Source: Toensbergia leucococca | Taxonomy: Eukaryota | NCBI GenBank assembly: GCA_022813965.1 | Contig: JALDZS010000046.1 | Span: 1-64,000, forward strand | Reading direction: 5' to 3' | DNA: 64,000 bases | In this document: positions 12,740 to 24,399 of the stretch, one piece after another | Position numbering within the stretch: position 1 is the stretch's first letter | How the letters are laid out: each line of letters starts with the position of its first letter | The notes under the pieces: generated by a model | The model's database searches: none | The model's input: only the letters and a program-made list of their open reading frames with translations | What the model was told of the DNA's origin: nothing | Position numbers and translations under genes: made by a program

Positions 12740-14089
12740 TCACCCCTTCCCCTCACCAACCAATCTTCCCCCCCTAACAACCCCCACACTAACCCCCTCC
12801 TCTCCAGTCATCCACCCACCCATCCGCTCCCCATCCACAGCCCCCGCCTCAACCAATTCTCTCACCCCCCCAAAAACATCATCTCCCCTGAACGAGACTC
12901 TGACATCCGGTCTCCATTCCGCCTCCGTGTCGTCGTCGCCGCCGGGGAAAGGCTCTTCAAAGCGAATGTCTAAACGTTCGATACCTTTGTCGTCAGCGAG
13001 GAGGGCGGAGGTTCCGAAGCGGGCGGCTGCGAAGAGGGCGCGGCGCTTGGAGGCTGGGGAGGTGGGAGTCTGGAGTTTTCGTTTGGTTGGCAAGGCAGTT
13101 GGGAGTTGGTGGGGTTTCGGGGCGATAGACTTGGTGGTCCGAGTAATAGGAGTGCTAGCGAGGGGACTCGCTTCGGCGGTGCCCTCGGCGTAGATGCTCC
13201 AGCCGCCTATTGCGGCGTTGCTACGGCCCGGGCCTCGGAGCTCGAGGAGGGCGGGGAGGGAGCGCGCGGAGAGGGAGGTGGGTGTTAGGGCGTAGTGGTG
13301 TCGGGGGCGGGAGAGAGCTTTTGGGAGGGCGTCGATGATGGTTTGGCGGAGGGAGTGGGTGTTGGTTCGGGTGGAGGGTTTGGCTGCGGAGGCGAGGGAG
13401 AGGTAGATGGCTGGCGTGTGGTCGGGGAAGGCAACGTATGTTGTTTTTGAAGGGATGAGGGCGCGGGGATTGGAGTAAGGGGTTTCATAGACTTGGATGC
13501 GGAGGATGCTGAGGGGAAGGTTGGGGACGCGGGTGAGGTGGTAGTGTGCTTTTGCTAGGGGGCCAATTTCTCGCTGGAGCTTTTGTAGGAACGTGGGCAT
13601 GTGGAGGCGGGGGAGGGGATCTGAGGCTGAGGAGGTGTCGTAGCCGCTGTCGGTTGCGTCTGGGGCTGTGATGCGTAAGAGCTTAAGTGCCGTCCATCGA
13701 TGCGAGGTTGGATGATCGAGGAGGTATTGCGTTTCGGCCATCGCGAGCTGTTGTAGGGAAATACCACGGCGCCAATCACCCTCCAATACACGATCTACGA
13801 CATCCCTTTTGCCGCCCTTGGCTTTCTGAAGTTCTTCGTAGACTTCCCGCAGCTCGTCGAGGCTTTGGGCGGGGTGATAGATGTTATCTTCGTCGTCGAG
13901 TTCGTCGCCAAGAAGACAAGGAGAGCATGTTGTTTGGTTTTCTGCACAGAGCCAGACTAGTATGAGGGAGAGGAGGGAGTGCCGCGATAATTTGAGTAGA
14001 GTCTTGGAGATTGAGGGGAGTGTGGTGGGTAGGCGGAGAGAGCTTGGAAGGGGAGCAGTGGTTGGGACTGACACTGGTAGGCGAGGCAT
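12740..14089 (-). CDS. CHL4: Kinetochore protein CENP-N/Chl4 (Mis15)
   Basis: 449-aa single-exon ORF with CHL4-family motifs: LLKLSRHSLLSLILVW, KRDVVDRVLEGDWRRGISLQQLAMAE, RGPGRSNAAIGGWSIYA and a C-terminal FRGDDVFGGVRELVEAGAVDGERMGGWMTGE. Confidence 0.85.
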   Translation of the reverse strand: MPRLPVSVPTTAPLPSSLRLPTTLPSISKTLLKLSRHSLLSLILVWLCAENQTTCSPCLLGDELDDEDNIYHPAQSLDELREVYEELQKAKGGKRDVVDRVLEGDWRRGISLQQLAMAETQYLLDHPTSHRWTALKLLRITAPDATDSGYDTSSASDPLPRLHMPTFLQKLQREIGPLAKAHYHLTRVPNLPLSILRIQVYETPYSNPRALIPSKTTYVAFPDHTPAIYLSLASAAKPSTRTNTHSLRQTIIDALPKALSRPRHHYALTPTSLSARSLPALLELRGPGRSNAAIGGWSIYAEGTAEASPLASTPITRTTKSIAPKPHQLPTALPTKRKLQTPTSPASKRRALFAAARFGTSALLADDKGIERLDIRFEEPFPGGDDDTEAEWRPDVRVSFRGDDVFGGVRELVEAGAVDGERMGGWMTGEEGVSVGVVRGGRLVGEGKG

Positions 14090-14494
14090 AGTGGGCTTTG
14101 GATCAAAATCGATGAGGGAGGATACTTGACGTTTAGAATCAGCTGCGATTTAGCAGCATTGGCGATGTGGAGTTTGGATAGCTTCATGAAGCTCTACGAG
14201 TACCTATGTAAACACAGCACAGCCACTAAGCCTATCTCGGTTAATTATCTCCATTCAAGGATTAGTCCCATCTAATCACCAGAACCTGACTTCAAATCTA
14301 CTCAATCAAGAAATCTTACTTCAAACCACAACATCAATCAAGAAAACAAGCACACATCAACAACACAACCAGCGCCATCAGAAACATGACCTAAGAAAAA
14401 CACGCCCACCTTCTCATCATCCCACCCCCAACCCCCACTCCCTCACTCATCAACCCCCTCTCCCCCGCATCCCCCCCTGACAACACCCAAAACC

Positions 14495-16372
14495 ATGTCC
14501 ACCCCCACCCCCCCCAAAACCCACATAACCCTCTCCCCAATTACCCTCACAACCCCCAACAACGGCCTCTTCGCAACCGCCCCTTTCCCCCCCGGCGCCC
14601 CAATCCTCTCAATCCCTACCCCACTGGTTGCAGTGGCAGAGACGCGGCATCTAGCTGATGTGTGCTCGGGGTGTTTCGTGTGGGCTCAAGGGGAGCAGGA
14701 AGAAGAAGAAGGGGGAGAGATGAAGATGGGGAGGAGGAGGCTGAGGCGGTGTAAGGGGTGTGGGGTTGTTCGGTATTGTGGGAAGGTGGGTTTGTTCTGT
14801 CATTGTTGTCCTGTTTTTCTTTTTTGAATGTAGAGAGGGGGCTTTTGGAACGTGAATTGGGTTGTGTTTCAATCATTCTGTTTTCTAAATATTGGAGTGT
14901 GAGGGTTTGAGCGTCAGAGGTTCCGCCTTTGCCTGTTTGACCTCGTCGATGCAAAGGAAAACGTATCTATTTATCAAACACATTCCAATCTCCCATCCCA
15001 ACCCAAACACTCCCCATCCCTCATCACCCAAGCTAATCCCCCTCCCCCTTTCCCAGTCTTGCCAAACCCGCGCCTGGAAAACAGCCCATAAATACGAATG
15101 CAACCTCTTCTCCAACTTGCACCCGCGCATCCTCCCCACCTCCGTCCGCGCAGCAATCCAATTCCTCAAACGCCGCGATGCCGGTGCATTAAGCTCTGAG
15201 CAATCCACCGCCCTTCTAAGAATGAAATCGCATCTCGCAGATTTTGAAGCGCGGGGCGGGGAGACGTGGGCGAATCTGTGTCTGATGGCGCAAGGAGCGG
15301 AGGCATATTCCGGGGTGCGTGTCGGAGGGCTGGACGCCAGGGGGTTGATTGGTCGGGTGAGTGGGCTGTTATGTGCGGTATTTCTTTTTGCTTGTCTTTT
15401 GTGGATTCGTGGGAAGTTGGGGCTTAAAGGCGGTTTTCTGGTTGGCAGCTTCTGATCAATTGTCTGACGCTCGTGACACCGACATTCGACCCTGTTGGAA
15501 TCTGCCTCGATCCGCTGGCGGCGATGATGAACCACTCCTGCGACTGCAACGCAGTCGTCTCCTTCGACAAGGGCGCCCGTATAAACGTCCACTCGCTGCG
15601 CGCGATCGCACAGAACGAAGAGATTACCATCTCCTACGTCGACACCACCTACCCCTTCTACCGTCGCCAGGCCGAGTTAGGAGAACGCTACTTCTTTACC
15701 TGCAATTGCGCATTCTGTATCCAAGGCTCCACGCTCCGGCAAGATCTGTTCTCATCCGCAAACTCCGACACGGAACGGCTGCAGCGGGTCGAAGAGCAAG
15801 CATTTGCACTCTTGGAAGAAGCGAAAGCGATGACAGATTATGATCTTGCCAACAGCAAACTAAGCGCAGGTATGGCCCTCCTGCGCGAGACAAGAGCGTG
15901 GCCAATCCACCGTCAGCCATACGCTCATCTCCGCCAGCGCCTTGGCCTGAACCTCCTAAGTCAGCGGCAATGGGTCCCCGCGCTGGCGCAAATGCTAAGA
16001 GTCTACTTTTACGTCGATCCTATTCTCTTCCGCGAGAGCTTCCACCCGGTACGTGTGGTGCATACCTGGACGCTGAGCAGATTATTCTTGCAACTCTCGC
16101 ATCTTTCCGTTGCGGAGCCTGAGGCGGTCGGGGAGTTGGAGGAGTATGGAATTGGGTATGGGTGGATTGTTTGGGGGTTGTTGAGGGAGGTGGTGGGGAA
16201 TGTGGACAGGAGCCATGGGAGCCAGAGCAGTTTTACGGGAAGTTGTAAGAGGAAATTCGAGGAGGTTGAGACGGATATGTCGAGGGGTGAGGACAGAGTG
16301 AGGCCTGGGTTTGAGACATTGGAGGAGCAGTGGAGGAGACTGAGGAGGATTGCTGACGAGTTGGCTGTGTGA
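14495..16372 (+). CDS. SET and MYND domain lysine methyltransferase (SMYD type); join(14495..14785,15057..15356,15449..16372)
   Basis: Split SET domain (NGLFAT..., MMNHSCDCN, EEITISY, post-SET YFFTCNCAFC) with a MYND zinc finger (CSGC...CKGC..RYCGK|SCQTRAWKTAHKYEC). Introns 14786..15056 and 15357..15448 are GT-AG and keep the frame. Confidence 0.88.
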
Positions 16373-16526
16373 TGGTTGTAGTTCTTGTAGTTCTTGTAGG
16401 GACTCGGGGAAAGATTAGCAAGGCCTAATCTATCCACTACTGTCTTCAATAAGTGCTGAATGCTAGAAGCAGCCATGCCTGTGTTCAATCCGTGATATCA
16501 GCATCATAAGACGCCTTCTACACTAA

Positions 16527-16671
16527 GATAAGATAAGCGTACTCATGGCGGAGATGATGGACGGCCAAATCGCATTGATCGATCGATCGATCGATTGATT
16601 GATTGATTGGTGAGTTTCCCCGCCGCTCACCAGTTGATAAATGAGATGAGTCATATCTCATATCTCATATC
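16527..16671 (+). promoter_or_regulatory. Cluster of GATA (AreA/NIT2-type) sites and a perfect CpcA/Gcn4 site upstream of the dialkylglycine decarboxylase gene
   Basis: GATAAGATAAG at 16527..16537, GATAA at 16636, ATGAGTCAT at 16646..16654 and three TATC copies directly after, about 400-500 bp upstream of the ATG at 17049. Function is inferred from motif identity only. Confidence 0.45.
16576..16608. repeat. Compound tetranucleotide microsatellite (GATC)n(GATT)n
   Basis: Sequence reads tgatcgatcgatcgatcgattgattgattgatt. Confidence 0.85.
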
Positions 16672-17048
16672 TGGACAGCACGGGTAGTCTCGGCATTCTC
16701 TTCCGCACAAAGCTTCCTCTCCTTCGATTTACGACTTTGACCAGATGGGGTAACTAAGTTATATCTGAAACCCACGAGCATTGATTTGGTAGGTTTTCTC
16801 GTGCCTCGAGAAGAAGAATGACTGAAGCCTGATTTGTTCGTTCAATCGTCTTTTTCCTTTGCAGCGTGGTTTGTATCGTTAGTTCTGTCTCACTTGAGAG
16901 GACTTCAACGTTTGTGTCTTAAAGTTGTGTCTCTTTGACTCCACTTTTTCTATTGCACCAACCAACCTTCTCTTTGTATCAACCATCCTAGTAACGAGAC
17001 AATTCTAAAAGTAGCTGTAAAATATTAAAGTGAAACACGACAGAGGAC

Positions 17049-18545
17049 ATGTATCAGAACGTCGACGAGAAAGTCCTCCTAGCAGAGGCCAACTCGTCAC
17101 TGCTGAACTATGGCACGTCTTTCATGCCATATATCATCACTCGCGCTAAAGGAGTCTTCATATACACCTCTTCAGGGAAACAAATTCTCGACTGGACCTC
17201 AGGCCAGATGTCCTGCCTGATCGGACATGGGCATCCTGAGGTTGTGCAGACAATTCACGATCATGCAGAGAATCTGGATCATCTCTTCAGCGGCATGGTT
17301 AGCCCACCAGTCATCCAATTGGCGCAAAAGCTCACGAGTATCCTTCCTGGCGGATTGGACAAGGCTATGTTCTTGAGCACCGGAGGCGAAAGTAACGAAG
17401 CTGCGATTAAGCTCGCAAAAGTTTATACTGGTAAATTCGAGATTGTGGGCTTGGGTTCGAGTTGGCATGGTATGACAGGCGCAGCAATTGGAGCGCAGTA
17501 TCACTCTGGTAGAAGCGGTTACGGACCAATGGTAAGTTCGGGATGCTACTCGTTCGTCCAATGCCCCTGATATTGTCGATCATTGAATAATTCCACGTTG
17601 ATTGGGGGTTGAGCAAGGATCTTAGCTTGGGTCGCCAACCTGTACGCTGACTGTCATTAGATTCCTGGCAATCACATCCTTCCTTCTCCAAGTGCATACC
17701 GTTCGGTATTTCGACATTCTGACGGGAGCTATGATTGGCAGACCGAGCTAGATTATGGTTGGTCTCTTGTTGATCGCGCCTCTTGCGGTTCCCTTGCTGC
17801 TGTCATCATGGAACCTATCCTCTCATCTGGCGGCATGATTACCCTCCCTCCCGGCTACCTCAAAGCTATGAAAGCTCACTGTGAGCGCCGAGGTATGCTC
17901 CTGATTATCGACGAGGCACAGACAGGTATTGGTCGATGTGGTGATATGTTTGCTTTCGAACATGAAGGTGTCGTACCCGACGTCCTCACGTTAAGCAAAA
18001 CATTAGGAAACGGTATTCCCTTGAGTGCTATGATTACTAGCAATGCGATTGCGAAGACTTGTCAAGAGCGAGGCTTCCTTTTTTACACGACCCACGTTAA
18101 TGATCCTCTCCCTGCGGCTGTCGGATTGAAAGTGTTGGAAGTCGTACTGCGCGATGACCTGGTATCTCGATCCAAATCTGCTGGCCTTAGACTCCATTCA
18201 GCTCTGCGCACACTCCAATCCCGGTACGGCTGCATCGGCGATGTACGAGGTCGTGGGTTGATGGCCGGAATTGAGATCGTTGGGGACAGACGTACCAAGC
18301 AGCCAGCACCGGAGCTGGGTAACAAGCTTTCAAAGAGAATGAACGAACTTGGGTTGTTAGCCAATCTTGCCTCTACTTCATCCTTTGAAGGCATCTTCAG
18401 AGTTGCACCTCCGATTACTATTACTAATGAGCAGCTGCAGCTGGGGCTTGAAATTATGGAGGAGGCATTCAAAACGACCCCTGGATCGCAGCCACTGTAT
18501 ACCGATAAGACTCCTCAACCGCAAAAAGCCATGGCACGGCTGTAG
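17049..18545 (+). CDS. dgdA: 2,2-dialkylglycine decarboxylase (PLP-dependent, class III aminotransferase fold); join(17049..17531,17661..18545)
   Basis: DGD-type motifs ILDWTSGQMSCLIGHGHP, LDHLFSGM, LSTGGESNEAAIKLAK, SWHGMT, EPILSSGG, IDEAQTG and TLSKTLG (PLP lysine), plus FYTTHVNDP. Intron 17532..17660 is GTAAGT...GCTGAC...TAG. Confidence 0.85.
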
Positions 18546-19205
18546 ATTTCCTCTGAACTGGCCACTTTCGCCACGATTTTCTGTCTATATTGATTTGTGA
18601 CTGGTGTTGGAATAACGAGTCAGTTCAAAACTCTCAGCTAGATAAGAAACAGCACTGGGAAACCGTAGATGTCTTCTTCTTCTTCTAAAGAAACCATAAT
18701 TCACCAATAACGATGAATCCAAATCTATTGTCTTCTTTGGCTGTGAATCTCGGCAATGAGATTAGTTTGAGGATGATAGATGTACTGTACCTCCGTGAAA
18801 ATTAGGGTAGTTCAAATTGTAGGCTTTTCGTGCAATCTGAAATCCTTTGCACGTGAAGGACGTCTTGGTACCATTTCGTAAAAAGGCCACCGAACTATCG
18901 ATATTTTTTTACTGAAGACTCCATGAAAGGATGCCAGAGAAGACCAGAGATCCTTTGAAGAGTTGACAAATTACTACAGATTGTTTTCCAGCTTCCTTCA
19001 AGTCTCAAACATGAAGGGGCGACAAGAGGATTGATCGAAAAGGAAAGTGATACAATACCCTGAAACTCTTGATTAGGTCGAAAGGACTGCAATCTCAGGA
19101 AGTCTGGGAGCCGCCTTTGCCACGCTATAGACACATGAAATGATTAGATATACACAATTTTTACTTCTTCTTAGTGCCGGAGCACAAAGGTGTGGTTGAA
19201 AGACG

Positions 19206-19535
19206 CTGTATTATTCGCATGGGTTAGAGTCTCCCACCCCCCAAACAGCAAGTCTGTACTCACACATAACGGAGCACGTCCTCAGAAGCAGCAATATCGC
19301 TGTCATTCCAGCCCGCATGACTGTAACGAATGATCTCGGCCGCCCGCGCCCACGAGGCTCCTGATCAAACAGTCTGCATGGGCGCGTTACTGTAAGTGTA
19401 CTCTTGGATGGGTTGTGCCCAATCGTTCATACACTGAGTCGCCTTCTGCACGTACTGGGTGCTGCCGGAAATATAGCATACCAATGACATTGCATAGGCG
19501 GCTAGGGCATCCTCTCTCTCTGCTTTGCACCAAGT
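19206..19535 (-). pseudogene. Relic of a secreted alginate-lyase-like (PF05426-type) gene
   Basis: Translation CKAEREDALAAYAMSLVCYISGSTQYVQKATQCMNDWAQPIQEYTYSNAPMQTV*SGASWARAAEIIRYSHAGWNDSDIAASEDVLRYV resembles the family consensus D.LAAY...NAPLQ.GW...W.RAAEIIRY...GW. TGA at 19365..19367 replaces a conserved Trp. A residual intron sits at 19263..19206, and the flanks do not continue the homology. Confidence 0.6.
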
Positions 19536-20456
19536 AAAGATGGCTAATTGGGTTACTGCGAGTAGGACGCCGAATCGAAGCGCCATATTCAAGTCATATG
19601 ATTGGAGGCAATAGAGCTTTCCATGACTCGTCAACCAATTTTCTTTCAAGCAACGTGTTGAGCGCCCACCATGAATTCATGAGTATAATGCCGCATAGTT
19701 GCAGGTTGAGCGCTTCAAGTGAAATGGGCAAGTTGACTGCAGGGAACAAGTCTGACGAACAGCCACCTATGCCCTTCAACATCATGAACGGAAATAAATT
19801 GGCCCATGTGGCTTGGTACTTAATCTACTTTATCAGTAATAATCTTTTGTATAAGTTAGCTCCAAGATCTACCAGAGATGAGAGGGCCTGAAAGATGTGA
19901 CAACGATGGCTTTCACCGATGGTGGTCTCTGAATTCCACTCGTATCGAATCGATTTCAATGACAATACCTGCTCTGACAGAATGTGGTAGGTTTTTGTAA
20001 TGTATCGTTCCGAGTCACGGAGTAGAATAAGAGTCCTCGAATCCGTAATTGTTCTATCTAGCTTAGCTGCAGTGGCTGGGTGTGGCTTGCCACCCTCTAG
20101 GACGAAATTAGAATAGCTGGGACTAAATAGCTCGATATGTTTCTTCAACCCTCCAACCTCTACTCGTACTCGTACTCTAATCCGCGGGCCCCATTAAACC
20201 CCCCCACCAACCCGTACCGATAACAGAAATAAGAGAAGATAAAGAAATCGCAAGGAAATAGAAAAGAATTCTAGAGAAGGAGCAATCCCGCCACCGACTC
20301 CTCGAGGCTTTCTTTTTACACTGTAACTAATTCGTTTGGTAAGTATCTCCGGGAACCTGAACGTTTGAAGTCGCGTATCTACACTTAGTGACTAGATTCA
20401 GCGGTTCTGAGGAGGAGCATTGGACAAGCCATGTCTCAATTCGTTGATGGGATATA

Positions 20457-21260
20457 CCGTATAATCTGTCATATAAGATTCGAACCTTATAAGTAGTTCA
20501 TCGTCTACAGGCCATTTAGAACCATGTCTTATAGGCCAGTAGTATCTTATATACCAGTAGTATCTTATATACAGTTCTTCGAGCAAGGTCTTTGAGTGGG
20601 ATCAATACATTCACTTGAGAAAATCATCAAATTAAGCCTCTCAAGCAGCGCATTGAGGATCTAGCTGATGAGCATTATGATAAACATCGTAAGAAGTATG
20701 CTTTCAGAAAGTATACTGTAGGTGAAAGACGTGTGATGTTGACGGAGTGAGTGAGTCAGGCATGAAGGGAGTTTCATAAGGATTCAATTAAGTCAGAATT
20801 GATTCACAAAACGTTTCATCAAGTAGGACTATCCTTAGCTGTAGGCGGGAGCGAGGATCATGAACTGTGAATAAAGAATATACCTGATGTACAGGTTGAT
20901 GACTGAACTAGAAGGCCGGAGGAGATTAACAATCTTGCAGCAATTGATGAGAATGAGGAGGAGGAGGAGGAGGAGGAGGAGGAGGAGGAGGAGGAGACTG
21001 AGGATGATGATGATGACAACGTTCAGGTGTTTGACAGTGATGATGAGGATGATGAGGATGAGGAGGAGGAGGAGGAGGAGGAGGAGGAGAAGGAGTATGA
21101 TGACGAGGTGGAGTACGTACCTGAGACCCCCCCCACATGGAGGTAGATAATATCTTATAGACCAAAAGGCCTATCATCTCAAAAAGTTGAATTGGAACCA
21201 TATCTTATAAGCCAGTAGTATCTTATATACCAGTAGTATCTTATATGACAGATTATACGG
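20457..21260 (+). mobile_element. Non-autonomous, internally deleted Tc1/mariner-superfamily (pogo/Tc2-like, DDE_1) DNA transposon
   Basis: Perfect terminal inverted repeats CCGTATAATCTGTCATATAAGAT (20457..20479 and 21238..21260) are flanked by TA on both sides. Subterminal CCAGTAGTATCTTATATA repeats occur at both ends, and the interior carries a transposase C-terminal remnant. Confidence 0.88.
20634..21146 (+). pseudogene. C-terminal fragment of a pogo-like DDE_1 transposase with premature stops and an acidic tail
   Basis: Single frame: KPLKQRIEDLADEHYDKHRKKYAFRKYTVGERRVMLTE*VSQA*REFHKDSIKSELIHKTFHQVGLSLAVGGSEDHEL*IKNIPDVQVDD*..., then a poly-E/D tail encoded by (GAG)n. TGA stops at 20748, 20763, 20868 and 20904. 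Confidence 0.8.
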
Positions 21261-21342
21261 TATGATAAATAAACATAAAAGACATATCGTATACATGGCC
21301 GTTTTTCAGATCGTACACGTCAGAACAAACATGGCAGGCATA

Positions 21343-23106
21343 CTACTTGGAAAGCGAAGTATCACTCTTCTCATCTGAAACCTCGTCTGACGCCGGGCGA
21401 GGAACACCAATAACCAGCTGGGCCTTGACCCTAGGGCCAAAGTAGTAGAAGCGGCCAGCCGCGTACCAGTATCCCACTGCAAACAAAGCAACAGCCGCAA
21501 TAATGACGGAGACGTAGTTCATCTACTTGTTGTTAGCCTAATTCTTCAGAACGTCGATAAAATCAGCATTTTCTCACATTTGAGGGAGTCACCGGCCTGA
21601 ACGTAGGTAAGATGAAGATGATGCTGACAAACAAGGTCCAGATAACCGCCCAGGCATTGATGAAAATGCTAGCCCTGCCCAAATGCCAGGGGCCTGGTTC
21701 GAATTTCCCATAAAGCATCTTGCATATGATGGGGATACAATAAGACCAATCCAACGCAATCGCTGTAAGGTTGAAGATGGCTGCCACAGCAGCGTACGAT
21801 CCAAGTCCGATAAGGTTGATAAGAACGCAACAGATCGAAAAGAGCCAAACCGAATACAATGGAGTGTCGGTTTTCTTATTGATCTTGTACCAGATTCGGG
21901 ACAGTGGAAGCATCTCATCCCGAGAATAGGCCCACACGGTTCGAGACCCGGCCTGGATAGCTGTCATAGCGGTGAAGTTCAAAATAATAAAGGCAGCGCA
22001 AGTGAAAAATAGTCCACCATTTTTGCCTGTGACATTGTAGAATATCTGAGCAACAGGTTGATCGATAGGTGATGCTAGTACAACTGCGGGATCGCCCATG
22101 CAATACGTCAGGACAATGGTGAAAAGCCAACCTCCAACATAGGTAAACCCAAGCGCACTGGCGATAGACCAAGGAGCCTTCAATTCCGGATCCTGGATTT
22201 CCTCTGCGATATGGGCCGTGGCATCATAATCGGTCATCGTCCAGGAGGCGGAAAGAAAGCCAAACAGGAAGGAAAAGCCTGTCGGTGACCATCCAGAATC
22301 CGGTGTGACGCTGGTCCAGACATAGGTAGTACTGTTCTTATCTTTACACATGACAAGTAATGTGATGCAAGCAGCAACAAGAACGCCAATATGGAACATA
22401 ACATATGTTTTTGTCAACTTCTCCAACGCACTAGTTTTCATGCTGTTCAGTGCTCCGTGGAAAATAGTAATGGCAGCCATAACGCCAACGGTGGCCCCTG
22501 TTGTAGGAATATAGGTGAAGTCGGAGCCCATGGAGACGGCAGCCAAGAGTAACTCTGCGCATCCATACTCGGTGGAGGCAACGCCGGCGACCTGACCAAG
22601 AAGATTCAACCAACCGCAGAGCCAGCTGATCTCAGGAACCCAAGCCTCGGGTGCAAGGTATTTACACGTAAAATACAAGCCTCCAGAGGTCGGGTAGGCC
22701 GAAACCAGCTCGGACACGGACAACGCTATGCACATGCAACTACCGCCAGATATGAACCAACACCACACGGCCGAAGCAGCGCCTCCTGCGTATAGTGGAT
22801 ACGAGAAAGTAGTGGCAACACTAGCGAAGAGGCCCGAAACGGACAAGGCGAAAGAGAAGCACGAGAGCCAGGAGAATTCTCGCTTGTAGACCTGCAAATG
22901 ATTGTCAGAAGCCAAGACGAAAGCAGGAGTGAGGATGAAGGTACTTGAACATATCCCATCTCTGCTAGACGTCGGTCTGCCATACTGAGGTCGGCGCCTT
23001 CGACGATGGCGGCGGGGAGTTCGTCGACGACGGCGGATGATTTGCGCCTGGTTGGCTTCGCCTCGGAGTCGAGGCGTTGCTGGCCATTATCGATTGAGTT
23101 AGCCAT
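21343..23106 (-). CDS. APC-superfamily amino-acid/amine permease (UGA4/HNM1/TPO5-like); complement(join(21343..21522,21578..22891,22945..23106))
   Basis: Motifs LAEMGYVQ|VYKREFSWLSCFSFA, SELVSAYPTSGGLY, WTMTDYDATAHIAEE, GSRTVWAYSRD, FEPGPWHLG and N|MNYVSV, with about 12 hydrophobic segments and two GT-AG introns. Confidence 0.9.
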
Positions 23107-24399
23107 GTTGTCGGTGATGGCGATGGCGAAGGTGTGGGTTATTTGCAAAGGGAAAAGGCAAAAGACAAAAGGTCAAAGTCAATTGATTGATGGACCCATG
23201 GAATTAGTAGTGACACACAAGAAACGAGGGATGGCATTCCTTCCCGGTATCGTGGGAGTGACCCCACCTTATTACCTATACTACAGAATGAGATAAGCCC
23301 CGCGCTCCTCGGAGGAAAAAGGTACCTTAGCCACAACGGTAATCGGTGGGTAATCGGTCCTTCTCTTTACTCATTTTGCCCTAGTCTGTATGCCGGACAG
23401 CGCCGAAAACCTGGCTCTACCTTACCTAGGTAGTCTACCAAAGATAAGTAGGTACCCACGTACCTTAAGGTAGGTACTGAGGCAGTCACACTCAAAAGTT
23501 GTGGTAGCTGCATGACTTGCATCATGCAATTTCAATCAGCTTGCACTACCCATGTGTTTCATCTTCTTATCGTACCAATTTGATCAATAAAAGTGACAAG
23601 ATTGGACTTACGACGTTGCGCCTTCGAGGTCACGTAACATCAAAAAGCACTCAATACATCCACGGCTTGTTAGCATGAACCACCTAGAACATCGACCTCG
23701 GGAGGGAATATCTTTTATACGGCTTACGGCCAATCAGTCAACCTAAAACTATCCAATGAGCTCGTGTGGACTCCTAACAATAAATGAATATGGCGATACG
23801 TACCAAGTACGAGATACAGGCTCAATACCTGTTTAGGAACTGCAGAGTCTTCTATCTACGACTTCATATCATCTTGTTCGCCTTTCTGAAATGCCACATA
23901 AATCCTGGTACTCTTGCGGGTCAAAAACGAGCTTCAATTAGCAGCCATTCCCTTGGGATTTGTTCTGTAAAGGCATTCGTGTATTCCTCGTATATTCAAC
24001 GCGAGTCACATTGACTCATGCTTCTTTCGTGACTTCATGTCTTATCAATCTCACTTGAGAAAAACAGCCCAAAAAAGAGACGCCAGATTTGAACAAGATA
24101 GATTGATAGACAGACGATAAGGAGGAGAATAACAATCGGGTAGCACTGGTTATTGTCAGCAATTTGGCAGTAGAGGGAAGAAGAACCGTGCCTGAGAAGG
24201 CTACAACCCAGACTAAATGGAAGCAGGCAAGCCAGTAATGGAACATAGACCAGAGGTAAAGAGTGATATGTTGAAGCAGAAAGCACAAAGAATGATGACT
24301 TCTCTGCGAATGCAAAACAAAATGAACAACTTGCACGCAAGCAACTTACATCCCGTTTGCTTTCTTGATTTCGCCCTCCAAAAGTTCGTACGGCAAAGT

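Noticed and set aside
12702..14129. Antisense ORFs overlapping CHL4 (and similar shadows over other genes)
   Set aside because: These are shadow ORFs arising from GC-rich coding sequence on the opposite strand.
19365..19367. A-to-I editing or readthrough rescue of the TGA in the lyase-like relic
   Set aside because: The flanking sequence is also degraded or missing, so repairing one stop would not restore a gene.
19594..20148. Two in-frame minus-strand ORFs separated by a TAG
   Set aside because: Possibly another relic, but no family motif was recognised, so it cannot be supported.
20887..21201. Poly-Arg (+) and poly-Pro/His (-) ORFs in the ORF track
   Set aside because: They are off-frame readings of the (GAG)n/(GAT)n tract that encodes the acidic tail of the transposase remnant.
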